Assembly: GCA_964621065.1 (NCBI GenBank) | Contig: CAZULG010000005.1 | Span: 108 to 64,107, forward strand | Direction: 5' to 3' | DNA length: 64,000 nt | DNA from: an uncultured Methanosarcinales archaeon | Lineage (GTDB): Archaea > Nanobdellota > Nanobdellia > Woesearchaeales > UBA583 | Shown here: in pieces, positions 18,008 through 28,045 of the stretch | How the letters are laid out: every line of letters starts with the position of its first letter | Position numbering within the stretch: the first letter of the stretch is position 1 | The notes under the pieces: generated by a model | What the model was told of the DNA's origin: nothing | Databases searched by the model: none | What the model saw: only the letters and a program-made list of their open reading frames with translations | Position numbers and translations under genes: made by a program

Positions 18008-20203
18008 ATGAGGATGAATGAGAAAGATTATTTTGTAAAACGTTTTGAAGAAAAACTCTCTAATAATTTAGACAAAAAAACAATTCAAAACTTAAAACAA
18101 GGTGACTTTGAATTTGACTCTCAAAACTCTCAAGATTATGAAACTTTTAGAAATGAAAATCTCCCTAAATCCTTTTCCATTTATGAGAAAATGTGTAATT
18201 GGAGTAACAAGTTTCTTCCAATTGAGCCAGATAAAAAATCAAAAACTCAAATTGAACAATATATTGATGATGCTCATTTAAAAATTACGCCTCAAGGAGT
18301 TATGAGTTTGACAATTATGTCTGCTCTTTTCATATCACTCATTGGTGGAACATTTGTTATATTTCAAAGAAATGCTCTTGGAGTTGGATTTATTCTCTTA
18401 GCAGTATTTGCATATTTTATTGTTCAAAAAATTCCTGAATTATTTGCAATTCATTTTAGAAATAAGGCAAATGATCAAATTATAACTTCTGTATTTTATA
18501 TTGTAGCATATATGCGTTTTAACTCTAATTTTGAACTTGCTACGCAGTTTGCTGCAAATTATCTCCAGCCTCCGCTCTCTCTTGATTTTAAGAGAATTTT
18601 ATGGCAACTTCAAACTTCACAATATCCAAATTTAAAATACGCGTTTGATGCGTATTTAGATAAGTGGAAAGATGATAACTTAGAATTTTTAGAAGCTATT
18701 TATTTAATTGAATCTTCTTTATATGAATCTGAAGAAAGTAGGCGATTGACTCTTTTAGATAAATCGCTTGATATTATTTTGCAAGGAAATTATGAAAAAA
18801 TGCTTCACTTTGCTCAAGAGTTAAAGACTAAAGTGTCATCGTTTAACATGCTTGGAATTGTTCTTCCAATTTTAGGACTTATTGTCTTACCTCTTGCTGC
18901 CTCATTTTCAAACCCTCAAAATGTCTTTGAGGTAATGGTTATATTATACAATATTTTAATTCCTGTGTTTGTATTATATTCAGGATTTTCATTAATGAGA
19001 AATAGACCAGGGGGAAATTCTACGCTTTCTCAAAAAGATATTAAGCGTGCGAGTTTATGGCAGTGGTATCATGAAGTTGGAGGTGAGAGAAAGTTTCAAT
19101 TCCCTCCAATTTTTACATCACTCTTTTTAGGATCAATTCTACTTGCCATTGGCTTAATCCCTATTCTCATCCATATTGGAACTCCTTTAGAAGATTCTTG
19201 TCTAACACCTATTGAGCAAGATTTGAATACAAGATTTAATGCTGTATTTGGAGAGTCAATTTTTGGAACATTTCAAAATTATGTAAATTTAGTTGAAGAA
19301 GAATTATTTTGTTATGGTCCATATGGAGTGTTTCCTGGATTATTTAGTATTTTAGTACCATTGAGTATTGCATTTATGTTTAGCTCATATTTTAAACTCA
19401 AAAATAAACCATTTATCAATCTTCATGATACTACTAGAAAACTTGAGAGACAATTTTCAACTGCAACATTTCAGTTAGGAAATCGGCTGAATGAGGGAAT
19501 CTCTGCAGAACTTGCATTTGGAGCTGTTGCTGATACAATGAAAGGAACACCAACTGGGGACTTTTTCTCTATAATTGATAAAAACATTAAATTTAATGGT
19601 ATGAATATTGAGCGAGCAATTTTTGATAATGAACGAGGAGCAATTTTAAACTACCCATCAGAACTTATTATTTCAAGTATGAAAATATTTATTCGAGCAG
19701 TTGAAAAAGGACCCGAGATTGCAGCAAAAACCCTCATTGATCTCTCACGATATTTATCAGAGATGCACTCAGCAAATGAGAGAATGAAAGATTTACTCGC
19801 AGAATCTGTCTCATCTATGAAAGGACAAGCAAAATTTTTAGCTCCTCTCATCTCAGCAGTTGTTGTCTCAATTGTGAGTTTAGTGAGTTTAATTATGGGA
19901 CAATTATCTACTGCTATTGAAGATATTGGATCAACTACTGATGGTGCTGCAATTTCTGGATTTAGTATTGGAAATGGAATGCCTACATTTTTATTTCAAA
20001 CCAGTGTTGGAATTTATTTAGTTATTATTACAATGATTTTAATTCTCATTGTTAATCAATTAGATTCAAACTCAGATCCAATTCACGTTCAATATGAACT
20101 TGGAACAACTGTTATGTCTGCGATGACAAAATATAGTGTTATTGTAGCTCTTGGAATTTTAATGTTCTCATATGTTGGAGGATCTGTACTTGCAACATTA
20201 TAA
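18008..20203 (+). CDS. Large polytopic membrane protein, function unknown
   Basis: 731 aa with multiple hydrophobic helices in three clusters separated by soluble helical regions. This is faintly reminiscent of FlaJ/TadC-type platform proteins, but I cannot support that call. Confidence 0.55.
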   Translation: MRMNEKDYFVKRFEEKLSNNLDKKTIQNLKQGDFEFDSQNSQDYETFRNENLPKSFSIYEKMCNWSNKFLPIEPDKKSKTQIEQYIDDAHLKITPQGVMSLTIMSALFISLIGGTFVIFQRNALGVGFILLAVFAYFIVQKIPELFAIHFRNKANDQIITSVFYIVAYMRFNSNFELATQFAANYLQPPLSLDFKRILWQLQTSQYPNLKYAFDAYLDKWKDDNLEFLEAIYLIESSLYESEESRRLTLLDKSLDIILQGNYEKMLHFAQELKTKVSSFNMLGIVLPILGLIVLPLAASFSNPQNVFEVMVILYNILIPVFVLYSGFSLMRNRPGGNSTLSQKDIKRASLWQWYHEVGGERKFQFPPIFTSLFLGSILLAIGLIPILIHIGTPLEDSCLTPIEQDLNTRFNAVFGESIFGTFQNYVNLVEEELFCYGPYGVFPGLFSILVPLSIAFMFSSYFKLKNKPFINLHDTTRKLERQFSTATFQLGNRLNEGISAELAFGAVADTMKGTPTGDFFSIIDKNIKFNGMNIERAIFDNERGAILNYPSELIISSMKIFIRAVEKGPEIAAKTLIDLSRYLSEMHSANERMKDLLAESVSSMKGQAKFLAPLISAVVVSIVSLVSLIMGQLSTAIEDIGSTTDGAAISGFSIGNGMPTFLFQTSVGIYLVIITMILILIVNQLDSNSDPIHVQYELGTTVMSAMTKYSVIVALGILMFSYVGGSVLATL

Positions 20204-20240
20204 AATAATGAGAAAATTTAAACTTAAACTTAAACTTAAT

Positions 20241-20489
20241 TTATTTTTCAAACAATTCATCAATTCGTTGAGTTAAAGTATAATCTAACTCAGTTAATGT
20301 ATTTCCAACGTCATGTGTTGTCGTTGTAATTATAACATATTTATAATCATACATTGAAATATTTGGATGGTGATTTAATTCTTCACAAATTACTCCTACT
20401 TCATTAACAAATGTTAACGCTTCTTTGAAATCTTTAAATTCAAATGTTCTTGAAAGTGTATTATTGTTCTCTCTCCAGTTTGTTTTCAT
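20241..20489 (-). CDS. Pterin-4a-carbinolamine dehydratase (PCD/DCoH family)
   Basis: FKDFKEALTFVNEVGVICEELNHHPNISMYDYKYVIITTTTHD matches the PCD core (HHP...w). Length 82 aa. Confidence 0.8.
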   Translation of the reverse strand: MKTNWRENNNTLSRTFEFKDFKEALTFVNEVGVICEELNHHPNISMYDYKYVIITTTTHDVGNTLTELDYTLTQRIDELFEK

Positions 20490-20494
20490 TGTAA

Positions 20495-21967
20495 TTATTC
20501 CTCCTGCTCAGTATTTTTAAACGTTTTGTGTAGTATATCATATACTAACTCACGAATTGGAATTGTAAATATTGCCTCTGCAAGTGATGGGTGAGGGCAA
20601 ATTGTATCAGCCATATCAAAGAGTGTTTGATGTTTTTCAATATAGGGGACTGCTATTTGATTTAAATTTACTCCATCTGGTCCAAATATGTGGCAGCCTA
20701 AAATTTCATACGTACTTGTGTGATAGTGTAGAACAATTTTTCCTCTCAGACCTTTTGCTTTTCCATACACTGTGTCTTCGAATTTTTTAGTGTGCGTTTT
20801 GAATGGTATTTTTAACTCTTTGAGTTGTTGAGATGTTTTTCCACAGCTTCCAATTTCACTCTCTCCCAAATAAATCCCTGATGGCATATATTCTTGAGAT
20901 AATACTTCACTTGATTTTAACGCAATTTGTTTAAATACTTCTCTTGATTCAAAACTCGCTCCGTGTCGAAGAAGAGATTTTCCAGAACAATCTCCTATTG
21001 CAAAAAAATTTGTTGAATCATTAATTTGAAACTTAGAATTCGTCTCAATAAATCCTCGTTTGTTTACACCAATATTTGTATTTTCAAGACCTAGTTTTTG
21101 AGTACTTGGAGTTACACCTAGCGCAATGAGCATTCTTGAAGTAATATGTGTTTGAGATAATTTTTGATGAGAATACTCAACTACAATTGATGAATTCTTC
21201 TCCTCTAGACGATCAACTGAGATATTTTTAATGATTTTAATTCCCAATTTTTGCATATACTTTTCAATATCCTTTTTAAGCATATCATCAACTGGGCGTA
21301 AAATTTGTCCTGTTGAGAGAAGAGTTACATCAATTCCAACCATTGCATAAAGTGTTGCAATTTCTGAGCCAATTACTCCTCCTCCTAAAATAGTATATTC
21401 TTGTATCTCTTCTTGAGAAAATAATGCCTCAGTTGATGTATCATAAGAAATATTCTCAATGCCTTCAATTTCGTGTGGGACTCGTGGAGTAGACCCTGTT
21501 GCTAATACGATTTTATCAAATGTGTACTCTTTAGAAGGTTTATTTGTCTCAACTAAGCATTCTGAATTGAGAAATTCAACATGCGCATTAATATACGTTA
21601 AATTCTCTACATTTCCTTCTTCCATATTTTGTTTAGAATTAATTGAATCAGCATACACTTCTTGAAATACTTCTCTTTTCAAATCAGTGAAACTCATATA
21701 ATCTAGAACTTTTTTTCTTTGAAATGTTTCATCCTCTGTATACTTTTTAAGAGTTTTTAAAGAAGAATATAACTTTGAAACTGGTCCTATGAGTTTTTTA
21801 GAAGGAATACATCCTCTATTTAAACATGTTCCTCCGGGTCTTCCTTCTCCAATAAGAGCTGTTTTAAAGCCAAATTGGGCAAGTTTTCGAGCAAGTGTTG
21901 CTCCTGAGCCATCTCCAATTACAATTACATCATAATGTTGTGTTTGTTTGTTTTTTGAATCTTTCAT
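20495..21967 (-). CDS. Class-I FAD-dependent pyridine nucleotide-disulfide oxidoreductase (dihydrolipoamide dehydrogenase-like)
   Basis: YDVIVIGDGSGA dinucleotide fold, redox-active GGTCLNRGCIPSK, a second Rossmann fold (YTILGGGVIGSEIA) and C-terminal HPSLAE. Confidence 0.8.
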   Translation of the reverse strand: MKDSKNKQTQHYDVIVIGDGSGATLARKLAQFGFKTALIGEGRPGGTCLNRGCIPSKKLIGPVSKLYSSLKTLKKYTEDETFQRKKVLDYMSFTDLKREVFQEVYADSINSKQNMEEGNVENLTYINAHVEFLNSECLVETNKPSKEYTFDKIVLATGSTPRVPHEIEGIENISYDTSTEALFSQEEIQEYTILGGGVIGSEIATLYAMVGIDVTLLSTGQILRPVDDMLKKDIEKYMQKLGIKIIKNISVDRLEEKNSSIVVEYSHQKLSQTHITSRMLIALGVTPSTQKLGLENTNIGVNKRGFIETNSKFQINDSTNFFAIGDCSGKSLLRHGASFESREVFKQIALKSSEVLSQEYMPSGIYLGESEIGSCGKTSQQLKELKIPFKTHTKKFEDTVYGKAKGLRGKIVLHYHTSTYEILGCHIFGPDGVNLNQIAVPYIEKHQTLFDMADTICPHPSLAEAIFTIPIRELVYDILHKTFKNTEQEE

Positions 21968-21994
21968 CTTATATTTTTATTGTTTGTGTATTAT

Positions 21995-22627
21995 TTATCT
22001 AATATCTTTAATTAAATGATACGCCAATCCATTTGAGAGTGAAAATGCTTGAGTGGTATTTGCATCAAACATCATACAGTTTTGAGTGTCTTGATTAATT
22101 GATGAGGCGTTGTGTGTAAACACTAATGTTGGTTGCTCTTCACAATTAAGTTGGTTTGTTGGGAGTAACTCCACATCGTTTACTCGCAAAGCTTGTGCAA
22201 TTAAAATTCGCGCATCATCATTAGTAAAATCATCAGCAACATACTCATATACCGCTGAATTATTATATGATTTAAGTGATTGTGCAAGTTCTTCTAACTC
22301 TTGGTTATTTTCATATTCATTTATGTCTTCATAAAAGATGAACTGTGCTCCATCAATGACAGCTCCTGCATATGTTTGCCCACTTTGTGTATCTTGAAAT
22401 AAATCTTGGGTAAATGGTACATTTTGTGAGTTTTCACCCGATCCTGAATTCACAGCGCCTGTTCCAATCATTGAAAATCCAAATACTGATAGTCCCATTA
22501 CAATTAATAGAACAAGTGATAAAATTTTTACAGTTCTTTTAGTTTCTTGCTCTCGTTGTTGTTCATAACTTAATGATTCCTTTTTTTTATTGCTTTTTTG
22601 CTTATTTTTATTTTTATTTTTATTCAT
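21995..22627 (-). CDS. Hypothetical membrane-anchored protein with N/K-rich N-terminus
   Basis: MNKNKNKNKQKSNKKKE low-complexity stretch, then one TM segment (ILSLVLLIVMGLSVFGFSMIG). No family recognised. Confidence 0.5.
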   Translation of the reverse strand: MNKNKNKNKQKSNKKKESLSYEQQREQETKRTVKILSLVLLIVMGLSVFGFSMIGTGAVNSGSGENSQNVPFTQDLFQDTQSGQTYAGAVIDGAQFIFYEDINEYENNQELEELAQSLKSYNNSAVYEYVADDFTNDDARILIAQALRVNDVELLPTNQLNCEEQPTLVFTHNASSINQDTQNCMMFDANTTQAFSLSNGLAYHLIKDIR

Positions 22628-22859
22628 TTTTCACCCATTCTCCTTTTTTTGTAACAATTGCATCATTACTTCGCTTGTGAGCATTATTTAAAAAATCTTC
22701 TCTAAATTCATCACTTGCCAAATTTCCTTCTCCTTCTTCTCTCATTGAAGTGTGTCTTTGAAGAGTATATGAAGATTCAATTGATGTAGTATTCATCTGA
22801 TTTGCAAAAGAGTCTAAAATTTCTTGTGCTTTTTTACCTACTCTCTCTTGAGAACTCAT
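22620..22859 (-). CDS. gatC: GatC-like amidotransferase subunit C (tentative)
   Basis: From the internal ATG (MSSQERV...). ILDSFANQMNT..., SYTLQRHTSMREEGEGN and REDFLNNAHKRSNDAIVTKKGEW parallel the GatC pattern (ILdyf.qL...dT..v.p......lReD......r.e.l.NAP....g.f.vP). The ORF track extends it to 22898. Confidence 0.45.
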   Translation of the reverse strand: MSSQERVGKKAQEILDSFANQMNTTSIESSYTLQRHTSMREEGEGNLASDEFREDFLNNAHKRSNDAIVTKKGEWVKNE

Positions 22860-22967
22860 ACTTATAGATAAATATATTATATTTAAAAACATTATCATAA
22901 ACTCTCACATATAAACTCCATTTATTAAAACAACATACCTCCTCTAAATCACAAACATTTAATGTTT

Positions 22968-23201
22968 CTAATTAGATTGTAGCTTTTTAAATTCAATTCC
23001 TTTTTGTAAAAACGTTAAAATAATACCTGCTTCATATTCACTCATATTAAAACTCAACGCAAGCTCTTTAGCACTGTGATGTATTTTTGATGTAATAAAT
23101 TCTGTGAGCTTTTGAGCATTACTCTCTTCTTTTAAATTATACTTACTAAGTATTTTTTCAAATTCTAAGTGTAATGTTTCAATATCTTGTGGGATTTCCA
23201 T
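22968..23201 (-). CDS. Hypothetical small protein
   Basis: 77-aa ORF with no motif. Confidence 0.4.
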   Translation of the reverse strand: MEIPQDIETLHLEFEKILSKYNLKEESNAQKLTEFITSKIHHSAKELALSFNMSEYEAGIILTFLQKGIEFKKLQSN

Positions 23202-23256
23202 ATGTTATCTTTCTTTGTTAAGTATCTCTTATGTTAAGTATTACATTATATTAATA

Positions 23257-23994
23257 CTACTCGATTTTTTTACCTTTAAATCCATGTTCTAAAATTGAAA
23301 GACCAAGCTCTTTGCCACCTTCTTGTGCAACTCTTCCATTATCTAGTATCACTACATTTGAGATATTCAAGTGTTTTAATAAAAACTCGTGATGTGAGAC
23401 AATTAAAAATGTTGTATTACATTTCTCTTGCAAATGAGCAATTACTTTTGCAATCGTTTTTAATCCATCTACATCAATTCCTGAGTCAATTTCATCTAAA
23501 ATTGCAAGTTTTGGCTCAAGAAGAAGGAGTTGAAGTAATTCATTTTTCTTTTTCTCTCCACCTGAGAATCCAACGTTCATCTCTCTTTTGTTAAATTCTG
23601 AGTTCATCTCTAAAAAAGACATTGCTTCATTGAGCTGTTCTCTAAATTCTCGAGGTTTAATTTTAATTCCTTTAAATTTTTCAACAATAGTTCTTAAATA
23701 TAATAATTGAGTCACTCCTGGAAGTTCAATTGGTTGTTGAAATGATACGAAAATACCTTTTTGAGCTTTCTCTTGTGGCTCTAATTCTTGAATTTCTTCT
23801 CCTAAAAAAGAAACTCTCCCCTCAATTTGATATTGAGGGTTTCCCATAATTGATTGAACTAAACTAGATTTACCTGCTCCATTTGGACCCATGAGCATTG
23901 TAGTTGAACCCTCACTAACTTCTAGATTAATGTCGTGAAGTAATTGAATTGAAGAATCTTCAATTGATACGTTTATATTCTTTAAACTTAACAT
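23257..23994 (-). CDS. sufC: Fe-S cluster assembly ATPase SufC
   Basis: LMGPNGAGKSSL Walker A, GNPQYQIEGRVSFLGEEI, FSGGEKKKNELLQLLLLEPKLAILDEIDSGIDVD and a C-terminal H-loop (VSHH). Confidence 0.85.
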   Translation of the reverse strand: MLSLKNINVSIEDSSIQLLHDINLEVSEGSTTMLMGPNGAGKSSLVQSIMGNPQYQIEGRVSFLGEEIQELEPQEKAQKGIFVSFQQPIELPGVTQLLYLRTIVEKFKGIKIKPREFREQLNEAMSFLEMNSEFNKREMNVGFSGGEKKKNELLQLLLLEPKLAILDEIDSGIDVDGLKTIAKVIAHLQEKCNTTFLIVSHHEFLLKHLNISNVVILDNGRVAQEGGKELGLSILEHGFKGKKIE

Positions 23995-24097
23995 ATTTAT
24001 GGGAATAATTGAGACTTTAAAATAGTTTCTCTTAGTTTTTATAAATTATTCTAATCATAATTGATACATTTAAAAAATACAACTTACTCTGTATATT

Positions 24098-24670
24098 ATG
24101 GTTATTGTAGTCACAACTGATTCACTAAATTCAATTGATACATTATGTTCAATGCTCGCCTATACACATTTTCTTACACAACAACAAGAACAAGCAATAT
24201 GCATCATTCCTAATGCATTAACTGAATTGCAACAAGAAGTTATAACAATGTGTAAAGCAGAACTTCCAACTCTGCAACTTGAAGATATAAAAGAGGATAA
24301 TTGTAATTTTATTTTAGTAAATATTAGCTCACTAGATTCAATTCATCCTAGAATTGAACCTAATAATATTACAGGTATTATTGCAAATTTTGTACCTCAA
24401 TATTTTGAACATATTGAGCAAGATGAATTTGGAAAAATTCACATTGAAGAAGAACATTCACTCTCAACACTCATCGTTGAAAAATTTAAACTCACAAATA
24501 CTCCAATAGAGCACACATTTGCCTCTTTGCTGCTTGTTGGAATTATTCTCAACTCAAATGGATTAGAAGAGAGACAAACAACAAATAGAGACTTTGTAGC
24601 GATTGAATATATTGAACAATTTGCAAATATTAGAAAGGACCAAATTAATGCATTAGTGAACCAATTATAA
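24098..24670 (+). CDS. Hypothetical protein
   Basis: 190-aa ORF. Vague resemblance to a DHH-type N-terminal domain, but the catalytic motifs are not visible. Confidence 0.45.
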   Translation: MVIVVTTDSLNSIDTLCSMLAYTHFLTQQQEQAICIIPNALTELQQEVITMCKAELPTLQLEDIKEDNCNFILVNISSLDSIHPRIEPNNITGIIANFVPQYFEHIEQDEFGKIHIEEEHSLSTLIVEKFKLTNTPIEHTFASLLLVGIILNSNGLEERQTTNRDFVAIEYIEQFANIRKDQINALVNQL

Positions 24671-24729
24671 AAATACATTACTTGAAAAAACTCAATGATA
24701 GTTATTATCTAATACGTTACTATTATGTA

Positions 24730-26682
24730 TTAAGCGTGTGTTTCAACTTCTCGAACTCCATCAACTCCTTTAATATTTCTAATTTTTGAAATTAATGAGT
24801 TTAAATTTTTAGTCTTTGCAATTTTAAGTCTCATAAACACACTCCCATCTTTATTGATTCTATTTTTTAAACGCAGAGGTGTCAACTGCTCTTTTTTTAA
24901 AATATCGAGTAAATCAATTAAAATTCCTGAGTGTGATTGTAAATATAACTCCAAATGTGTTGTGTTGTAGAGCTCTTCACTCCACAACAATTTAATTTTT
25001 CGTTGTAGAGAATATTTTGCATTTTTACACGAAGTTTTGTGAATTGTTATTTCTTTACCATTTTGAGACTCAATTCCAACAATATCATCTTTTACACAAA
25101 ATGTGCAGCATAGAGGGTTTTTTACTTTTGAATATGATTTTAATCCTTCAATGAGTTGAATTATCTCACTAAATGAAGTCTCACCAGTTTCAATAGTTCT
25201 TTTATTTGGAAGTTTTAAACCTAGACTTTGACGAATTGACAATTTAGCTTTATTGGTAGTTGCAATTTGGAGCATTTTCTCATTTGCTTTAGCTTTAGGA
25301 TTAGTTATAATCTCAACAATATCTCCATTTTGAATTGTTTTATCTAAATTACATATTGCACCATTAATTTTACACTTTGAAGCGGTGTTTCCAACTTGTG
25401 TGTGAATGTAATATGCAAAATCTATAGCTTTAGCACCTTGAGGAAGCGCTATAATATCGTATTTTGGAGTCAATACAAAAATTTCATTGTCAAATAAATC
25501 ATATTTTAATATTTGCATCATATTATATGACTCATTATTCTCTTGCTCCCATTGCAGTAGTTCTCTAAGCCATGTTATACGTTTGTCAAAGAGTTTATCT
25601 CTTCCGATATCTTTATATTTCCAATGCGCAGCAATTCCATATTCAGCGAGTTTGTGCATGCTTACATCACGAATTTGAATCTCGACTGGATGATTGATAA
25701 TATGTGAGTGAATAACAATGTGCAAAGATTGGTATCCGTTTTCTTTAGGGTGTAGTATATAATCTTTTTCTCGTTTTGAATACGTTGTATAGTGAGAGTT
25801 GAACAATGAGAGTAGTTCGTAACATGAAGAGATATCCCTTGTAATTACTCGAATAGCGTATAAATCGTAAATATCTTCAAATTGAACTTTTTTTTTTGCA
25901 ATTTTTCTATAAATACTATAAATACTTTTACAACGTCCCAATACACTGACATTTGAAATATTTTGTTGGTGCAAAAAATCTTGAATTTCATTTATTGCTT
26001 GTTGTAAAATTTGAAGCCTTGTCTCTTTTTTAATTCCCAATTTTTGTTTTATCATCTCAAATTCACTAGGATACAAATATTTAAAGGATAAATCTTCAAG
26101 TTCCCATTTTATTGAATAAATTCCTATTTTTTGAGCAATTGGAGCATAAATGTAGAGGGTTTCTTTTGCAATTCTCTTTTGAGATTCTACTCCTCGAGAA
26201 TATAGTGTTTGCATATTATGCAATCGATCACACAATTTTATAATTAAAATCCTCATATCTTTAGAGGCACTTAAGAGCATTTTTCTCAACTCAGTAATAT
26301 TTTTTTCAATATCTGTTTTTCTTCGTGTTTCTTGTTGCTCAATTTTTGTAAGACCATCAACGAGCATTGTAATTTCTGGGCCAAATTGAGAAGATAATGT
26401 TTCAAGTGTTGTTGATGTATCCTCAACTGTATCATGAAGTAGCGCTGCACAAATTGATTGAGGACCAAGACCATAGTGAAAACTCAATTTTGCAACTTCA
26501 AGAGGATGTGTAATATATAAATCACCTGTTTTTCTATATTGAACTTGATGTGCTCGTTTTGCAAATTCATACGCTTTGTAGATTAATTGTTTTGAAAATT
26601 GTTTTGGAAGAGACTCAATAAACTCACGCGCAATATCATCAACTTGAGCGTGTGTTGTAATTGTAGTTTTTGTTGATTTCAT
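24730..26682 (-). CDS. Long RelA/SpoT homologue (HD hydrolase + (p)ppGpp synthetase + TGS + ACT-like)
   Basis: HD domain: HPLEVA...LHDTVEDT. Synthetase: GRCKSIYSIYRKIAKK, DLYAIRVI, YQSLHIVI, VEIQIRDVSMHKLAEYGIAAHWKYK. TGS: VLTPKYDIIALPQGAKAIDFAYYIHTQVGN...INGAICNLDKTIQNGDIVEI. Confidence 0.9.
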   Translation of the reverse strand: MKSTKTTITTHAQVDDIAREFIESLPKQFSKQLIYKAYEFAKRAHQVQYRKTGDLYITHPLEVAKLSFHYGLGPQSICAALLHDTVEDTSTTLETLSSQFGPEITMLVDGLTKIEQQETRRKTDIEKNITELRKMLLSASKDMRILIIKLCDRLHNMQTLYSRGVESQKRIAKETLYIYAPIAQKIGIYSIKWELEDLSFKYLYPSEFEMIKQKLGIKKETRLQILQQAINEIQDFLHQQNISNVSVLGRCKSIYSIYRKIAKKKVQFEDIYDLYAIRVITRDISSCYELLSLFNSHYTTYSKREKDYILHPKENGYQSLHIVIHSHIINHPVEIQIRDVSMHKLAEYGIAAHWKYKDIGRDKLFDKRITWLRELLQWEQENNESYNMMQILKYDLFDNEIFVLTPKYDIIALPQGAKAIDFAYYIHTQVGNTASKCKINGAICNLDKTIQNGDIVEIITNPKAKANEKMLQIATTNKAKLSIRQSLGLKLPNKRTIETGETSFSEIIQLIEGLKSYSKVKNPLCCTFCVKDDIVGIESQNGKEITIHKTSCKNAKYSLQRKIKLLWSEELYNTTHLELYLQSHSGILIDLLDILKKEQLTPLRLKNRINKDGSVFMRLKIAKTKNLNSLISKIRNIKGVDGVREVETHA

Positions 26683-26733
26683 TTTTAATAATTATATGTT
26701 TGTATGTTGATAATAGTATTTGCATTTCAATGC

Positions 26734-27999
26734 CTAGTAAATTAATTCACAACGATCATTTGTGAGGTCTCGTTGAGCTTCTTCTATAATATTAATATTT
26801 GTATTGATTTGCGTTGCTGTAAGTGTATTAAAAAAATTATGCGTTGAATTTTCATATAAAATGTGTAAACTCATATTTATATTTTCATAGCTATCTTTGA
26901 GTATTGAGCTATCTCTAAAACTTGAACAATATGTTGTATTTATATTATTTGGACTATTTATAATAGTTTGAACTTTATTTTTTCGAAGTGTATATGCAAA
27001 ATCAGTTTGCAACTGAAGTGATAAATACGCACAGGAGAAAATTGAAGGTGGGGTGAACATTGAAAATGTAACTAGTGATATTTCATCATTTAAATGAGCA
27101 AAATTAAACGTGTGAGGAGTTTCTAAATTATCTTGATTTGTATATTCAAAGTCTCGCTTATTATTTGAATAAATATATGATAAATTTCCAAGCACAATTC
27201 TATTCTCATTTAGGGGATCATAATATGAAGGAGCTCTTTGAAAGTTGTACTTAAGAGCAAATACATCAAAGCGCACTGAAGAATAATAATTGTCAATTAT
27301 TGATGTAGCAGATGTGTTATCAAACCCTAGAAATGAAATACTTGTTGGATTTCTACTATTAATTTGTGAAATTTTGTCCTCCTCAGAGAGATCATCCTCC
27401 CAAATAATAAATGATAATTGTCTATAACTTCGTTTTGTATTTAATAAAGAGCTTAAAATATCATGTGTTTGTGAAGACTCATTAATTACAATAATATGTC
27501 CTGTTGGTACAACTCCTATGAGCGGTGTAATTGACATTGGAAAACTAAAGTCTTCTTGAATTAAATATACACTCTCTGGTAGTTCATTATCAAGTCTTGA
27601 CATCATAATTGGATATTGATCTAAAATGTTATTCAATGGTCCATATGAGAGTTGTGAATTTTCAAATTGAAGTCTTGTAAATTCATTCTCTACACATGTA
27701 AATTCAAGTTCTTTATTTGCAAAAATCGGATATGTGTTAAACACCGTTGCACTTTGAGGACTTGGATTGAATGCATATACTTCTAAAGAGTTTGTGAGAG
27801 CTTTTGAAAATTCTAAATTATTTTTCTCAGTCTCAACTGCCCAATATGATTGAAGAATTGAATATGTAAATAGAATTAAAATACCACCTATAATTGTCAT
27901 AAAAACCCATGAAAATACTGTTGCACTAATTGCTTGTCTTGATTGTTGCAACTGATTACAAACAACATAATGCTTGGATTTGAACTTGAAATATTCCAT
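26734..27999 (-). CDS. Hypothetical N-terminally anchored extracytoplasmic protein
   Basis: 421 aa with a single N-terminal hydrophobic segment (ATVFSWVFMTIIGGILILFTYSIL). N/S/T-rich remainder. Confidence 0.5.
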   Translation of the reverse strand: MEYFKFKSKHYVVCNQLQQSRQAISATVFSWVFMTIIGGILILFTYSILQSYWAVETEKNNLEFSKALTNSLEVYAFNPSPQSATVFNTYPIFANKELEFTCVENEFTRLQFENSQLSYGPLNNILDQYPIMMSRLDNELPESVYLIQEDFSFPMSITPLIGVVPTGHIIVINESSQTHDILSSLLNTKRSYRQLSFIIWEDDLSEEDKISQINSRNPTSISFLGFDNTSATSIIDNYYSSVRFDVFALKYNFQRAPSYYDPLNENRIVLGNLSYIYSNNKRDFEYTNQDNLETPHTFNFAHLNDEISLVTFSMFTPPSIFSCAYLSLQLQTDFAYTLRKNKVQTIINSPNNINTTYCSSFRDSSILKDSYENINMSLHILYENSTHNFFNTLTATQINTNINIIEEAQRDLTNDRCELIY

Positions 28000-28045
28000 A
28001 TTAATATTTATAAATATCCAATATTTAAATATATTTGTAATTAAG

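Noticed and set aside
20220-20237. Tandem hexamer aaactt x3 between two convergent genes.
   Set aside because: Only three copies in an AT-rich spacer, which is within what chance or slippage produces. No functional inference is possible.
27974-28045. The longer N-terminal extension of the LspA-like ORF suggested by the ORF track.
   Set aside because: The extension overlaps the start of the divergent gene at 26734-27999 and encodes only I/L/N/F-rich filler. The ATG at 28046 gives a normal-length Lsp.
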